Shown: piece by piece, positions 1 to 10,679 of the stretch
How positions within the stretch are numbered: position 1 is the stretch's first letter
Layout: each line of letters begins with the position of its first letter
Assembly: GCF_988243305.1 (NCBI RefSeq)
Contig: NZ_OZ547136.1
Direction: 5' to 3' (one strand)
DNA: 64,000 nucleotides
Notes under the pieces: model-generated
What the model saw: the letters and a program-made list of their open reading frames with translations, nothing else
What the model was told of the DNA's origin: nothing
The model's database searches: none
Position numbers and translations under genes: made by a program

Positions 1-1730
1 AAAACAGTGACTCACCCTTTAAAGATGTTTTTTCTAATGCGCATGAAGTCACAGCAGAAACGAAAGAAAATCGAACAATATACACACAGGTATTTGAAAT
101 TGATAATGGCATCGAGAAAAGATGCATTAATCACTGGCATACATTATGCAATCTGCCAGCCAGCGATCATGCTGTTTATATTTGTGGTTGGCAAGATATT
201 ACCGAGACGCGTGATTTAATTCACGCTCTCGAAGTAGAGAGAAATAAAGCGATCAATGCAACTGTCGCAAAAAGTCAGTTTCTGGCAACAATGAGTCACG
301 AAATAAGAACACCAATAAGCTCCATTATGGGCTTCCTGGAACTTCTGTCGGGTTCTGGTCTTAGCAAGGAACAACGGGTGGAGGCGATTTCACTTGCCTA
401 CGCCACCGGACAATCACTCCTCGGCTTAATTGGTGAAATCCTTGATGTCGACAAAATTGAGTCGGGTAACTATCAACTTCAACCACAATGGGTCGATATC
501 CCTACTTTAGTCCAGAACACTTGTCACTCTTTCGGTGCGATTGCTGCAAGCAAATCGATCGCATTAAGTTGCAGCAGTACGTTTCCTGAACATTACCTGG
601 TTAAGATCGACCCTCAGGCGTTTAAGCAGGTCTTATCTAATTTACTGAGCAATGCTCTCAAATTTACCACCGAGGGGGCAGTAAAAATTACGACCTCCCT
701 GGTTAACATTGATGACAACCACGCTGTAATCAAAATGACGATTATGGATTCTGGAAGTGGATTATCACAGGAAGAACAACAACAACTGTTTAAACGCTAT
801 AGCCAAACAAGTGCAGGTCGTCAGCAAACAGGTTCTGGTTTAGGCTTAATGATCTGCAAAGAATTAATTAAAAACATGCAGGGCGATTTGTCATTAGAAA
901 GTCATCCAGGCATAGGAACGACATTTACGATCACAATCCCGGTAGAAATTACCCAACAAGTGGCGACTGTCGAGGCAAAAGCAGAACAACCCATGACACT
1001 CCCTGAAAAGTTGAGCATATTAATCGCGGATGATCATCCGACCAACAGGCTATTACTCAAACGCCAGCTAAACCTATTAGGATATGATGTTGATGAAGCA
1101 ACTGATGGTGTGCAAGCGCTACACAAAGTCAGTATGCAACATTATGATCTGCTTATTACTGACGTTAATATGCCGAATATGGATGGTTTTGAGTTGACTC
1201 GCAAACTCCGTGAGCAAAATTCTTCCTTACCCATCTGGGGGCTTACAGCCAACGCACAGGCTAACGAACGTGAAAAAGGGTTAAATTGCGGCATGAACTT
1301 ATGTTTGTTCAAACCGTTGACCCTGGATGTACTGAAAACACATTTAAGTCAGTTACACCAGGTTGCGCCTATTGCACCTCAGTATCGCCACCTTGATATC
1401 GAGGCCCTGAAAAATAATACGGCGAACGATCTACAACTGATGCAGGAGATTCTCATGACTTTCCAGCATGAAACGCATAAAGATCTACCCGCTGCGTTTC
1501 ATGCACTAGAAGCTGGCGACAACAGAACTTTCCATCAGTGTATTCATCGCATCCACGGTGCAGCTAACATCCTGAATTTGCAAAAGTTGATTAATCTTAG
1601 CCATCAGTTAGAAATAACACCTGTTTCAGATGACAGTAAGCCTGAAATTCTTCAGCTGCTGAACTCTGTTAAAGAACACATTGCAGAGCTGGACCAGGAG
1701 ATAGCTGTTTTCTGTCAACAAAATGACTAA
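1..1730 (+). CDS. evgS: Hybrid sensor histidine kinase EvgS, C-terminal part (5' end lies outside the window)
   Basis: Frame 0 is open from the window edge with no stop until 1728-1730. H-box motif ATMSHEIRTP near 285-315, followed by an ATPase region, a receiver domain (LIADDHPTNR...DVNMPNMDG) and a C-terminal HPt-like segment. Listed ORF 291-1730 is the Met-initiated tail of this longer frame. Confidence 0.9.
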   Translation, partial: NSDSPFKDVFSNAHEVTAETKENRTIYTQVFEIDNGIEKRCINHWHTLCNLPASDHAVYICGWQDITETRDLIHALEVERNKAINATVAKSQFLATMSHEIRTPISSIMGFLELLSGSGLSKEQRVEAISLAYATGQSLLGLIGEILDVDKIESGNYQLQPQWVDIPTLVQNTCHSFGAIAASKSIALSCSSTFPEHYLVKIDPQAFKQVLSNLLSNALKFTTEGAVKITTSLVNIDDNHAVIKMTIMDSGSGLSQEEQQQLFKRYSQTSAGRQQTGSGLGLMICKELIKNMQGDLSLESHPGIGTTFTITIPVEITQQVATVEAKAEQPMTLPEKLSILIADDHPTNRLLLKRQLNLLGYDVDEATDGVQALHKVSMQHYDLLITDVNMPNMDGFELTRKLREQNSSLPIWGLTANAQANEREKGLNCGMNLCLFKPLTLDVLKTHLSQLHQVAPIAPQYRHLDIEALKNNTANDLQLMQEILMTFQHETHKDLPAAFHALEAGDNRTFHQCIHRIHGAANILNLQKLINLSHQLEITPVSDDSKPEILQLLNSVKEHIAELDQEIAVFCQQND

Positions 1731-1736
1731 ATAGCG

Positions 1737-1763
1737 GCTCCCACAATATTCAAATGTGGGAGC
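1737..1763. terminator. Hairpin between convergent evgS and yfdE (GCTCCCACA-loop-TGTGGGAGC), likely bidirectional terminator
   Basis: Perfect 9 bp inverted repeat with 9 nt loop lying between the two convergent stop codons, flanked by A/T-rich sequence. Confidence 0.6.
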
Positions 1764-1785
1764 TATTTACCAGCACATCTTACAT

Positions 1786-2931
1786 TTATGATGAGAACTC
1801 CTGGCGAATTTGTTCCCCATGTTGGTCGAGCGTTGCCGCTCCCGGCATAACATGCGGGTCCGCGCAGCCGCTGATTTTTATCGGATTACCTGGCATCATT
1901 ATTCCCCCGGCTTCAATCAACATATTTCTCGCCTGAGTTTGTGGCAAATTAATGGCCTCAGCCACACTTAATAACGGCGCGACGGGCACACCAACTTCAT
2001 GTATTTTGGCTAACCAAACTTCAGCTGCCTGCGTTTTTAACGTTCGCTCAATATATTGTTTAAGAATAGCCTGGTTTTGTACGCGTAAAATATTGCTGCT
2101 AAATCGGGGATCATTAACCAGTTCCGTAAGCTCCAGTGCCTGGCATAACGCAGAAAAAAGCTTGTCATTACCACAACAAATAGTAATCGGCTTATCCTGA
2201 GTATCAAAAACATCAAAAGGTGCCATGTAGGGATGGCGATTTCCCAGGCGTTGTGGTGACTTCCCTGTCGCAATATATGCCATCAGACCATGCTCCAGAA
2301 AACTCAGCGTGGCATCAAACATCGCTATATCGACATGCGCCCCTCTCTGGCTCTTTTCGCGGCCATAAAGTGCACTCACTATTCCGCTGAATAAATAGAC
2401 ACCGCCACATAAATCCGCAAGAGAGGTACCCACGCGCACTGGCGGAGCATCAGGGTACCCTGTTTCCATCATTATCCCGCTCATTGCCTGAATGATGGTA
2501 TCGTAGGCTGGAGCATCTTTTAGCGGGCCGGTATGCCCAAAACCTGACGATGAAGCATATATGAGACGCGGGTTGATTTCTTGTAGCGTTTCCCATGAAA
2601 ACCCCAGTTTTTCCATTGTACCTGGGCGAAAATTCTCAGCTAATACATCAGCTTGTTTAAGCATATTTATAAATATACTTTTATCGTGATCATTCTTTAA
2701 ATCAAGAACCACACTCTCTTTGCCATGATTAATAAAACTGTAATAGAGTGACTGTCCATCCACATAGGGACCAAATGTGCGGGTATCATCACCATGACCC
2801 GGCGGCTCAACTTTAATTACCCTTGCGCCCATATTACAAAGAAGTTGAGTTCCGAAAGGTCCATTAAGGACATGTGTCATATCGATAACTAATAAGCCTT
2901 CAAACGGCCCTTTGCATTCATTATTTGTCAT
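1786..2931 (-). CDS. yfdE: Acetyl-CoA:oxalate CoA-transferase, family III CoA-transferase
   Basis: ORF 1786-2970; translation matches family III CoA-transferases (CaiB/BaiF-like). I prefer the ATG at 2931 (MTNNECKGPF...) over the upstream GTG at 2970. Confidence 0.85.
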   Translation of the reverse strand: MTNNECKGPFEGLLVIDMTHVLNGPFGTQLLCNMGARVIKVEPPGHGDDTRTFGPYVDGQSLYYSFINHGKESVVLDLKNDHDKSIFINMLKQADVLAENFRPGTMEKLGFSWETLQEINPRLIYASSSGFGHTGPLKDAPAYDTIIQAMSGIMMETGYPDAPPVRVGTSLADLCGGVYLFSGIVSALYGREKSQRGAHVDIAMFDATLSFLEHGLMAYIATGKSPQRLGNRHPYMAPFDVFDTQDKPITICCGNDKLFSALCQALELTELVNDPRFSSNILRVQNQAILKQYIERTLKTQAAEVWLAKIHEVGVPVAPLLSVAEAINLPQTQARNMLIEAGGIMMPGNPIKISGCADPHVMPGAATLDQHGEQIRQEFSS

Positions 2932-2945
2932 TTGCTTATGCCTTG

Positions 2946-2976
2946 AAAAAAGCCGAAGGTGAAAAGACACTTCGGC
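2946..2976 (-). terminator. Stem-loop plus U-tract between yfdV stop and yfdE start (intra-operon terminator or attenuator candidate)
   Basis: On the minus strand, GCCGAAG-loop-CTTCGGC is followed by TTTTTT. It sits between the yfdV stop (3005) and the yfdE start (2931). Confidence 0.5.
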
Positions 2977-3004
2977 ATTTATGTAAAATCAATAACATGA
3001 TTAA

Positions 3005-3949
3005 TTATGAAACCAGTCGACTGACATAAATCCACAAAGGAGCCGTGACGACAAAGCCCAGTACGCTCACAGCCAATGATGCTGTACCAGTGCGGGTGTA
3101 GACATTAAACCGGCTGGCAATAATGATTCCGGAGAATGCCGGCGGTAAGGCGCCTGCCAGTACCATCATCTGCAAATGTTCGCTGTTCAAATGACATGCC
3201 ATACCCACGAGAAGCAGCGCCAGTGGCATCAGAATCAGCTTCAGGAAGGTGTTATAAGCAATTTCAGCACTGAACTCGAATTTATGTGCAGCCAGAGTCA
3301 ACCCCGCAGCGAATACCGCTACCCCTGAGTTAGCCTTCGCAATCAGATTAAAGGTTGGGTCCCATGCTGCCGGAATTTTTACCCCAACCAACACCAGGAT
3401 CGTTGCCAGAACAGGTGCCCATACTACTGGCTCCTTTGCCGCAGAAATTAATGCGCTCAGATTACTATTCTTCTTACCATCTGCTCCTGAGGAAGGATTC
3501 AGCAAATACAGACCAATAGGAATAGTAATTGCGTTAACAATAATAGAAATAATTGCTACAACTAAACCTGTTGATACGGAATCACCATAAATAGGATCGA
3601 GAACTGCAAATCCCAGGAATCCGATGGTAGGTGAACCTGCAATTAATGCACATACTGCTGCTTCTGCATGAGTACGTTTAAAAAATTTGTAGCAACCAAA
3701 CCAGGAGAAAAAGAAACATCCGACAATAACCACAAGTGATACAAGGGTCAGGCGAGTGTCCGCAAAAATCATTTCCCTGTTTGCCCGGGTAATAGAAACA
3801 AATAGGGCCGCAGGAAGAGCGTAGTTTAATACCAGTTTATTAAATGCCCGGGCTTGATCTTCTGAAAAAGTTTCTCGTCTGCCGCTAAAATAACCCAACA
3901 GCATGATTACGATAATAGGCAATAAATCGCCAATAAAAAATGTTAGCAT
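3005..3949 (-). CDS. yfdV: AEC-family (auxin efflux carrier-like) membrane transporter, putative oxalate/formate-linked
   Basis: 314 aa polytopic hydrophobic ORF; sits in an operon between oxc and yfdE. Confidence 0.85.
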
Positions 3950-4017
3950 AATAGTATTTCCGATAAGGGTCCCCTCACCATCGATAATGAGTTGGCAAGA
4001 GGAGACGATGTCAGTAT

Positions 4018-5712
4018 TTAATTACCAGCGACTTGTTTTGGGTTAAGTTTGGTAATATGGCCACTTTCAGTTCCTGCTGCAGGGTCGATGACCACATTAA
4101 TAATGGTCGGTTTGCGCGACTGAATACCGGTGGTTAAAGCATGACGAAGTTCATCTGTCGTAGTGACGTTATAGCCAACGCCACGAAACGCATCCATTAA
4201 TTTGTCATACCTTGCATGGTGCAATAGATCTGTTGGTGATGGTGCACCAGCGCCACTGAGATCAACACCGTCTCCTCTGTAGATGCCGCCATTATTAAAA
4301 ATAACGATCGTCACCGGCAGGTTATATCGACAAATCGTTTCAATCTCCATCCCACTGAAACCAAAAGCACTATCACCTTCAATGGCGACAACCGGAGAAC
4401 CAGAGGTCACGCTAGCACCGATGGCATAGCCCATACCGATGCCCATGACACCCCAGGTACCACAATCCAGACGGCGACGTGGTTTATACATATCAATAAT
4501 ATTTCGTGCATTATCCAGGGTATTTGCACCTTCATTAACTAAATAAATATCCTGGTTCTCGCGCAATACATCGCGCACAGCACTTAATGCATTAAAGTAA
4601 TTTAATGGTTGAGTATCTGTACTTAATTTTTCATGCATTTTTTGTGCATTTTGCTGCTTGTGGATATTTAAAATATCGCGCCATACCAGTGGAGTCGTAA
4701 ATGTGTTTTGTTTCAGTTCTGCCAGCATACCTTGCATACTGGATGCAATATCGCCAACGACTGGCACAGCAATGGGGCGGTTGCTGTCAATTTCCTGCGG
4801 TTCAATATCCAGTTGAATAAACTGTGTATCTGCCGCCCATCCTTTTTTACCGTGTGCCAGTAACCAATTCAGTCGTGCACCAACAAGCATGACAACGTCA
4901 GCATTTGCCAGGGCAAACGAACGCGCAGTTGCCGCAGAAAGTGGATGTGTATCTTCGAGGATCCCTTTCGCCATAGACATTGGCAGGAATGGAATCTGGG
5001 CACTTTCAATAAATTCACGAAGCTGTTCATCCGCTTGTGAATACGCCGCGCCTTTGCCAAGGATAACTAATGGTCGTTCAGCTTTTGCTAAAAGCGAAAT
5101 TGCGCTAGTGACTGACTTCGGGCATGGCAATAATGCTGGCGACGGATTTTCAACTTTTACAATCGTGGTTAACGCTTCGTCTTTTTCCATCGTCGCGGCC
5201 AGGACATTTGCTGGTAAATCAAGATAAACTCCGCCAGGGCGACCCGATACTGAGACCCGGATAGCGCGTGCCAATGCAATGCCAAGATCCTGCGGCTGAT
5301 TAACGCGAAATGCTGCTTTGGCATACGGTTTTGCCGCATTCATTTGGTCCAGCTCTTCATAATCACCTTGCTGTAGGTCGACGATCGCGCGGTCGCTGGA
5401 GCCGCTAATCATGATCATCGGAAAACCATTTACCGTTGCGTTGGCCAATGCGGTCAAACCATTGAGGAATCCTGGCGCAGACACTGTCAGGCAGATCCCT
5501 GGTTTTTGGGTAAGAAAACCGCTTGCCGCAGCGGCATAGCCTGCCGACTGCTCATGACGAAAACCAATATAACGAATGCCTTCCGCCTGGGCATGGCGTG
5601 CCATATCCGTCACAGGAATACCTACAACACCATAAATAGTGTCAATATTATTCTGTTTTAATGCTTCAACGATGATATGCATACCATCTGTCATTTGAAG
5701 TTGATCTGACAT
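4018..5712 (-). CDS. oxc: Oxalyl-CoA decarboxylase (thiamine-diphosphate dependent)
   Basis: 564 aa ORF with ThDP-enzyme architecture including a [14 protein letters not shown]-type ThDP-binding motif. Confidence 0.9.
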
Positions 5713-5765
5713 GATTAATAACCTCGAAATTTTTATAAATTGGGAGCCAGAAGCCCCCGTTAATA

Positions 5766-7016
5766 TCAGATGGCGTGGTTTTGCTTCATTGCAGCAATTT
5801 CATCGTCGCTATAACCCAGCTCCTGCAATACCACAGCGGTATGTTCACCTAATAGCGGCGCAGCTTTAATATCCGGCGTAAAGGCAGAGAATTTCATTGG
5901 ACAACCAACTGTCAGATATTTTCCACGCAACGGTTGTTCCACTTCAACAACACTGCCACTTTGGCGCAAAGAGGGATCAAGTGAAATTTCTTTCATACTT
6001 AAAACCGGTGCACAAGGAATATCAAACTGAGTCAAATAGGCCACTGCTTCATGTTTATCAATAGTGACAGTGTATTTTTCGATTTCAGCAAAAATATCGA
6101 AAATATGTGGCTGTCGGGCATGGGCTGTACTGTATGCCGGATCGGTAATCCAATCTGGTTTGCCGATGGCTTTACAGGTGTTTTCCCAGTTTTGCTCCTG
6201 AATAGTGAAATAAATATAGGCATTAGGATCGGTTTCCCAGCCTTTACATTTCAGGATCCAGCCAGGCTGACCGCCACCACCCGCATTACCACCGCGGGGA
6301 ACTGCATCACCAAATGTGCCATTCGGATACTGCGGGTATTCTTCCAGATAACCCAATTTATCGAGACGCTGCTGGTCGCGTAATTTCACGCGGCAAAGGT
6401 TCAATACGGCATCCTGCATTGACATGGTGACTCGTTGCCCACGCCCCGTTTTTTCGCGATGCAGCAAAGCAGCAAGTAAACCGATCAGTAAATGCATTCC
6501 GGTGTTGCTGTCACCCAACGCTGCAGCGCTTACCAGCGGCGGACCGTCCCAAAACCCCGTAGTGGATGCCGCGCCACCCGCTGCCTGAGCAACGTTTTCA
6601 TAGGCTTTTACATTCACATAAGGCGAACACTCATCAAACCCTTTGATCGAACCAAAAATCAGACGTGGATTGATTTCTTGAATATGCTCCCAGGTGAAGC
6701 CCATGTGATCAATGGCCCCTGGATGAAAGTTCTCGACTAAGATATCAGCTTCGCGGATCAGCTTTTCCATTACCTCTTTGCCTTCCGCTGTTTTGGTATT
6801 TAATTCAATAGAACGTTTGTTACTGTTAAGCATGGTGAAGTAAAGCGCATCGATATCAGGAATATCTCGCAGCTGGTGACGCGTTACGTCACCAACGCCG
6901 GGACGTTCAATTTTAATGACGTCAGCGCCAAACCAGGCCAGCATTTGAGTACAAGATGGGCCAGATTGCACACCGGTGAAATCGAGAACTTTAATTCCTT
7001 GAAGTGGAGTTGACAT
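5766..7016 (-). CDS. frc: Formyl-CoA:oxalate CoA-transferase
   Basis: 416 aa family III CoA-transferase immediately upstream of oxc in the same orientation. Confidence 0.9.
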   Translation of the reverse strand: MSTPLQGIKVLDFTGVQSGPSCTQMLAWFGADVIKIERPGVGDVTRHQLRDIPDIDALYFTMLNSNKRSIELNTKTAEGKEVMEKLIREADILVENFHPGAIDHMGFTWEHIQEINPRLIFGSIKGFDECSPYVNVKAYENVAQAAGGAASTTGFWDGPPLVSAAALGDSNTGMHLLIGLLAALLHREKTGRGQRVTMSMQDAVLNLCRVKLRDQQRLDKLGYLEEYPQYPNGTFGDAVPRGGNAGGGGQPGWILKCKGWETDPNAYIYFTIQEQNWENTCKAIGKPDWITDPAYSTAHARQPHIFDIFAEIEKYTVTIDKHEAVAYLTQFDIPCAPVLSMKEISLDPSLRQSGSVVEVEQPLRGKYLTVGCPMKFSAFTPDIKAAPLLGEHTAVVLQELGYSDDEIAAMKQNHAI

Positions 7017-7267
7017 AGCAATACCTATTAGTTAATTAAATATATGTTAATTTAGCGTTTATTTAAGGCATAACGCCCTCTATAAATAATCCGCAAAATA
7101 TCGTCGTAGCTGCACTCGATATTTTTAAATTCCTGTATCAAGTGCTGAAAATCATTTCATCGCCACTTCCAATTCCTTTCTGCATGGTAAGTAGTGAGGA
7201 CGAAAAGAAGAATATGATAAATATTGGTTCGCGGTAATCAGAGAGAGCCGCGACATTTGTGATGTTA

Positions 7268-7285
7268 TTCTTACAACTGTAAGAA
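7268..7285. promoter_or_regulatory. EvgA-box-like inverted repeat TTCTTACA-AC-TGTAAGAA upstream of frc
   Basis: Perfect 8-2-8 palindrome matching the EvgA consensus (TTCPyTACA N2 TGTAPuGAA), about 250 bp upstream of the frc start. Confidence 0.6.
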
Positions 7286-7528
7286 GCGCCGGTGATTTAC
7301 AAGTAAGGGTATGATTACGCCTTTTAAAGCGTACCATAAAACATAACATAATAAATGATTTGTGATGACACGGGATTATTGCGGTTTACTTTGAGGAAGA
7401 TAAAATGCGAGTTTATAGAACCGCGAGCGCCAAATAATTTTATGACCACAACCTGTCGTATTGTGGTCATAAAAAATTGTCGGCTGGAGGGAGTTAAATC
7501 CTTTACCTCAATATACTGCCTGTCAGCG

Positions 7529-8161
7529 TTAGTTCACAAACAGTGCTTCGCTATCGACGATGATTCCATCTTCCGCACCTTTAAGCGCCAGGTTTGCCTC
7601 GTAGTATTGCTTTTTATCAAGCAGTTTCTGCGCATCAGCAAGTGCATTACGAGTCTGTTTGAGCGGCATCAGATATTGGTTTTCCATTACGCCAACACCG
7701 GCCAGGCGCAGCTCTTCCATTGCGCCCTTTTTATCCCCTTTCGCCATTTTTTCGTTGGCAATTTTTATCGCGGCTTCTTTTTCGGGTGTCGCTACATAAC
7801 TCTCAGAAATTCCGACAGATGCATTAATGACAATATATTGGTCATCATTGACATTGGTCTTTTTACCTGGCTTAGCGAACTTTGCCCATTCGGTACTGTC
7901 ATCTGACAACAAAGCTGAAGCTTCATTGGTCAGTTCTTTTGCCTTTTCCGGATCGCCATGAAACAGAGCCAAGCGCGCTACCTGCACGTCACGCATCGCA
8001 TATAAACCTTGTTCAGAGATACGCTCTGCTGCTGCCGTTTTCTGGGTTTGCTGAACTTGCTGAGTTTGCTGTTGTGCCGCTACCGGTGCATTATCAGCCG
8101 CCCATACAGTTGAAGATGCCAGAATTGCTGTGACCATCGTAGCCATAATTAAACGTTTCAT
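7529..8161 (-). CDS. yfdX: YfdX-family periplasmic protein (EvgA-induced)
   Basis: 210 aa ORF with an N-terminal signal peptide ([21 protein letters not shown]) and a Q-rich region. Confidence 0.8.
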   Translation of the reverse strand: MKRLIMATMVTAILASSTVWAADNAPVAAQQQTQQVQQTQKTAAAERISEQGLYAMRDVQVARLALFHGDPEKAKELTNEASALLSDDSTEWAKFAKPGKKTNVNDDQYIVINASVGISESYVATPEKEAAIKIANEKMAKGDKKGAMEELRLAGVGVMENQYLMPLKQTRNALADAQKLLDKKQYYEANLALKGAEDGIIVDSEALFVN

Positions 8162-8258
8162 ACTTACCTCATTCTTTAACAGTTTTAGAAAACGCCGCCA
8201 TCATATTGGGTGAGCATGAAATGAGAAATCAGAGAGCAACGGTCATTTTGAAAGGGTT

Positions 8259-8276
8259 ATCTTACAGTTGTAGTTA
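8259..8276. promoter_or_regulatory. EvgA-box-like site (TCTTACA-GT-TGTAGTTA) upstream of yfdX
   Basis: Imperfect 8-2-8 inverted repeat of the EvgA-box type in the yfdX-ypdI divergent intergenic region. Confidence 0.45.
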
Positions 8277-8296
8277 TTATCGCAAGAAGTATTTTA

Positions 8297-8314
8297 GTCT
8301 TACAATTGTAGGAA
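8297..8314. promoter_or_regulatory. EvgA-box-like site (GTCTTACA-AT-TGTAGGAA) upstream of yfdX
   Basis: Second near-consensus EvgA-type palindrome, about 140 bp upstream of the yfdX start. Confidence 0.5.
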
Positions 8315-8456
8315 TATGCTTCCTGTCACAGAGAACTATTCTTATATACCAAAAAGAGATGTCATTTATTATATCGATGTAAATACTGATTAATTATATG
8401 TAAATACAGCAATAACGTCGTAGGTTTTCAGTGAACCATTTTCAGGATAACTTTCT

Positions 8457-8732
8457 ATGAAAGTAAACTTAATGCTTTTTAGCTTATTTTTATTGGTCTC
8501 TATTATGGCATGCAATGTTTTTGCATTTTCTATTTCTGGTGGTGGTAGTGAGGCGAGCTATAAAGAGACGGAAAAAACGTCAGCGATGACGACAACTCAC
8601 TCTACAAAATTTCAGCCATCACAGGCGATTTTGTTAAAAATGAGAGAAGATGCGCCACCATTAAACCTCACAGAAGAAATTCCGCCCCCTTTTCCGACAA
8701 AGGCGAATTATCTTATCCATCCTGTGCGATAG
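8457..8732 (+). CDS. ypdI: Small putative lipoprotein YpdI
   Basis: 91 aa ORF; signal peptide ending in a lipobox-like ...IMAC. Confidence 0.7.
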   Translation: MKVNLMLFSLFLLVSIMACNVFAFSISGGGSEASYKETEKTSAMTTTHSTKFQPSQAILLKMREDAPPLNLTEEIPPPFPTKANYLIHPVR

Positions 8733-8808
8733 CGTCTGTCACACGGCAGGTGAACAATCATGTCTGATGCTGATGTGAACACCTGCCCAAATGAGCCATC
8801 CTGACCCA

Positions 8809-9051
8809 CTACCGCCTGCCATATCCCACCATAAAGCGAATCATCAAGCCACAAGCCGGGGCAAGAAACATAAATATCCCCGTCACCAGTTCATTACCGC
8901 CAGTTAACCACATGGTGAAGTAATAAATGAGTGCAGCGAGGATCACCATGCCGAAGAAAGAAGAGACCGCCGATACCACGTTCAGTACCTGACCGATGTA
9001 TCCGCTTACGCAGACAATACACAGGGCGAGAAACATCCATAAATAAATCAT
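8809..9051 (-). CDS. yfdY: Small inner-membrane protein YfdY
   Basis: 80 aa ORF with two predicted TM segments. Confidence 0.7.
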   Translation of the reverse strand: MIYLWMFLALCIVCVSGYIGQVLNVVSAVSSFFGMVILAALIYYFTMWLTGGNELVTGIFMFLAPACGLMIRFMVGYGRR

Positions 9052-9403
9052 AGCTCAACCTCCTGCCGCGCTAAAAAACCTGTAACTTCAGTCACTTTAA
9101 TAGTAAGACAATCCTTAACCTCTGGCAATTTTTGCTAAGCATCAATGAAAACAGCATGTTAAATGCAAGACTGTTGCGTACGGAAAAATATTTACTTTGC
9201 ACGATTAATAATCAGTAGCTGAAAGCAGTCAGCGAGTGATAAAGTACAGATACCGCATTCATGCTCCTCGTGGTTATGTCCTGACTAGTCTTTACACTCT
9301 TTACAGGAACCATTGTCGTACATGATGGCCTAATCAATTGAGTGTACCGCTGTCGACATGGAATCTTCTGCGATACAACAATTCGTATCTACAGAAGGTA
9401 ACT

Positions 9404-10324
9404 ATGTTTCCAAAATGCAAATTTTCCCGCGAGTTTCTGCATCCTCGCTACTGGCTCACGTGGTTTGGGCTTGGTGTACTCTGGCTTTGGGTACAGCTTC
9501 CTTATCCTGTTCTCTGCTTTCTCGGCACGCGTATTGGCGCAATGGCGCGACCATTCCTGAAACGGCGTGAATCTATCGCCCGTAAAAACCTGGAACTTTG
9601 TTTCCCACAGCATTCTGCGGAAGAACGCGAGAAGATGATTGCCGAAAACTTTCGTTCACTCGGCATGGCGCTGGTAGAAACCGGCATGGCGTGGTTCTGG
9701 CCCGACAGTCGCGTACGTAAATGGTTTGATGTTGAAGGGTTGGATAACCTTAAACGCGCACAAATGCAAAATCGCGGCGTAATGGTTGTCGGCGTCCATT
9801 TTATGTCGCTGGAACTGGGCGGCCGCGTGATGGGACTGTGCCAACCAATGATGGCTACCTATCGTCCACATAATAATCAGCTGATGGAATGGGTGCAGAC
9901 CCGTGGGCGCATGCGCTCTAACAAAGCGATGATCGGCAGAAATAATCTGCGCGGCATTGTCGGTGCACTGAAGAAAGGTGAAGCGGTATGGTTTGCTCCC
10001 GATCAGGATTATGGTCGTAAAGGCAGCTCCTTCGCGCCGTTCTTTGCGGTGGAAAATGTTGCCACAACCAATGGTACGTATGTCCTTTCACGTCTCTCTG
10101 GCGCAGCCATGTTAACCGTAACGATGGTAAGAAAAGCGGATTACAGCGGATATCGTTTGTACATCACCCCAGAGATGGAAGGCTACCCGGCAGATGAAAA
10201 TCAAGCCGCTGCCTATATGAACAAGATTATCGAAAAAGAGATCATGCGCGCACCGGAGCAGTACCTCTGGATCCACCGTCGCTTTAAAACGCGCCCGGTG
10301 GGAGAATCGTCGCTATACATTTAA
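9404..10324 (+). CDS. lpxP: Lipid A biosynthesis palmitoleoyl acyltransferase (cold-induced)
   Basis: ORF 9338-10324; I prefer the ATG at 9404 (MFPKCKFSREF...), preceded by AAGGT. LpxL/LpxP-family acyltransferase, 306 aa. Confidence 0.85.
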   Translation: MFPKCKFSREFLHPRYWLTWFGLGVLWLWVQLPYPVLCFLGTRIGAMARPFLKRRESIARKNLELCFPQHSAEEREKMIAENFRSLGMALVETGMAWFWPDSRVRKWFDVEGLDNLKRAQMQNRGVMVVGVHFMSLELGGRVMGLCQPMMATYRPHNNQLMEWVQTRGRMRSNKAMIGRNNLRGIVGALKKGEAVWFAPDQDYGRKGSSFAPFFAVENVATTNGTYVLSRLSGAAMLTVTMVRKADYSGYRLYITPEMEGYPADENQAAAYMNKIIEKEIMRAPEQYLWIHRRFKTRPVGESSLYI

Positions 10325-10679
10325 CAAACTGCTCTTACTCTTTCCCTCCTCAAATCAGCCATAATAACCTCATGGTTTTTATGGCTTTTTTCTTAAGGTT
10401 TTTTCCTTCGCTGAATCTCTAATTATTACCGTCAGAAATTAAACTGTCGCCGATATGAGACACCTGTAAGTTACTAAAAGTAAATAAGAAAATGCCTCTT
10501 GTCTCGTTTTAGTTTTAGGCGTACATTAGCGCCGTCTGGAGCAGTTTAGCTCAGAATTCTGGGGTGATGCCCACGGTAAAATACAGGACTTTTAAGGTCG
10601 TTTTGCCCGGTGTCAACTCACTGTATCAGGTGTAATGAAGTCATTCAGGCGTAACAGTAATTACGCGGAGAGATGTAAA

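Noticed and set aside
7-219. 70 aa ORF at the window start
   Set aside because: It lies in a different frame inside the evgS coding sequence; the evgS frame is open through this region and carries recognisable kinase motifs.
7355-7906. 183 aa ORF spanning the frc-yfdX intergenic region and the yfdX 3' end
   Set aside because: AT-rich chance ORF that overlaps yfdX antisense and the EvgA operator region; the predicted peptide has no coherent domain.
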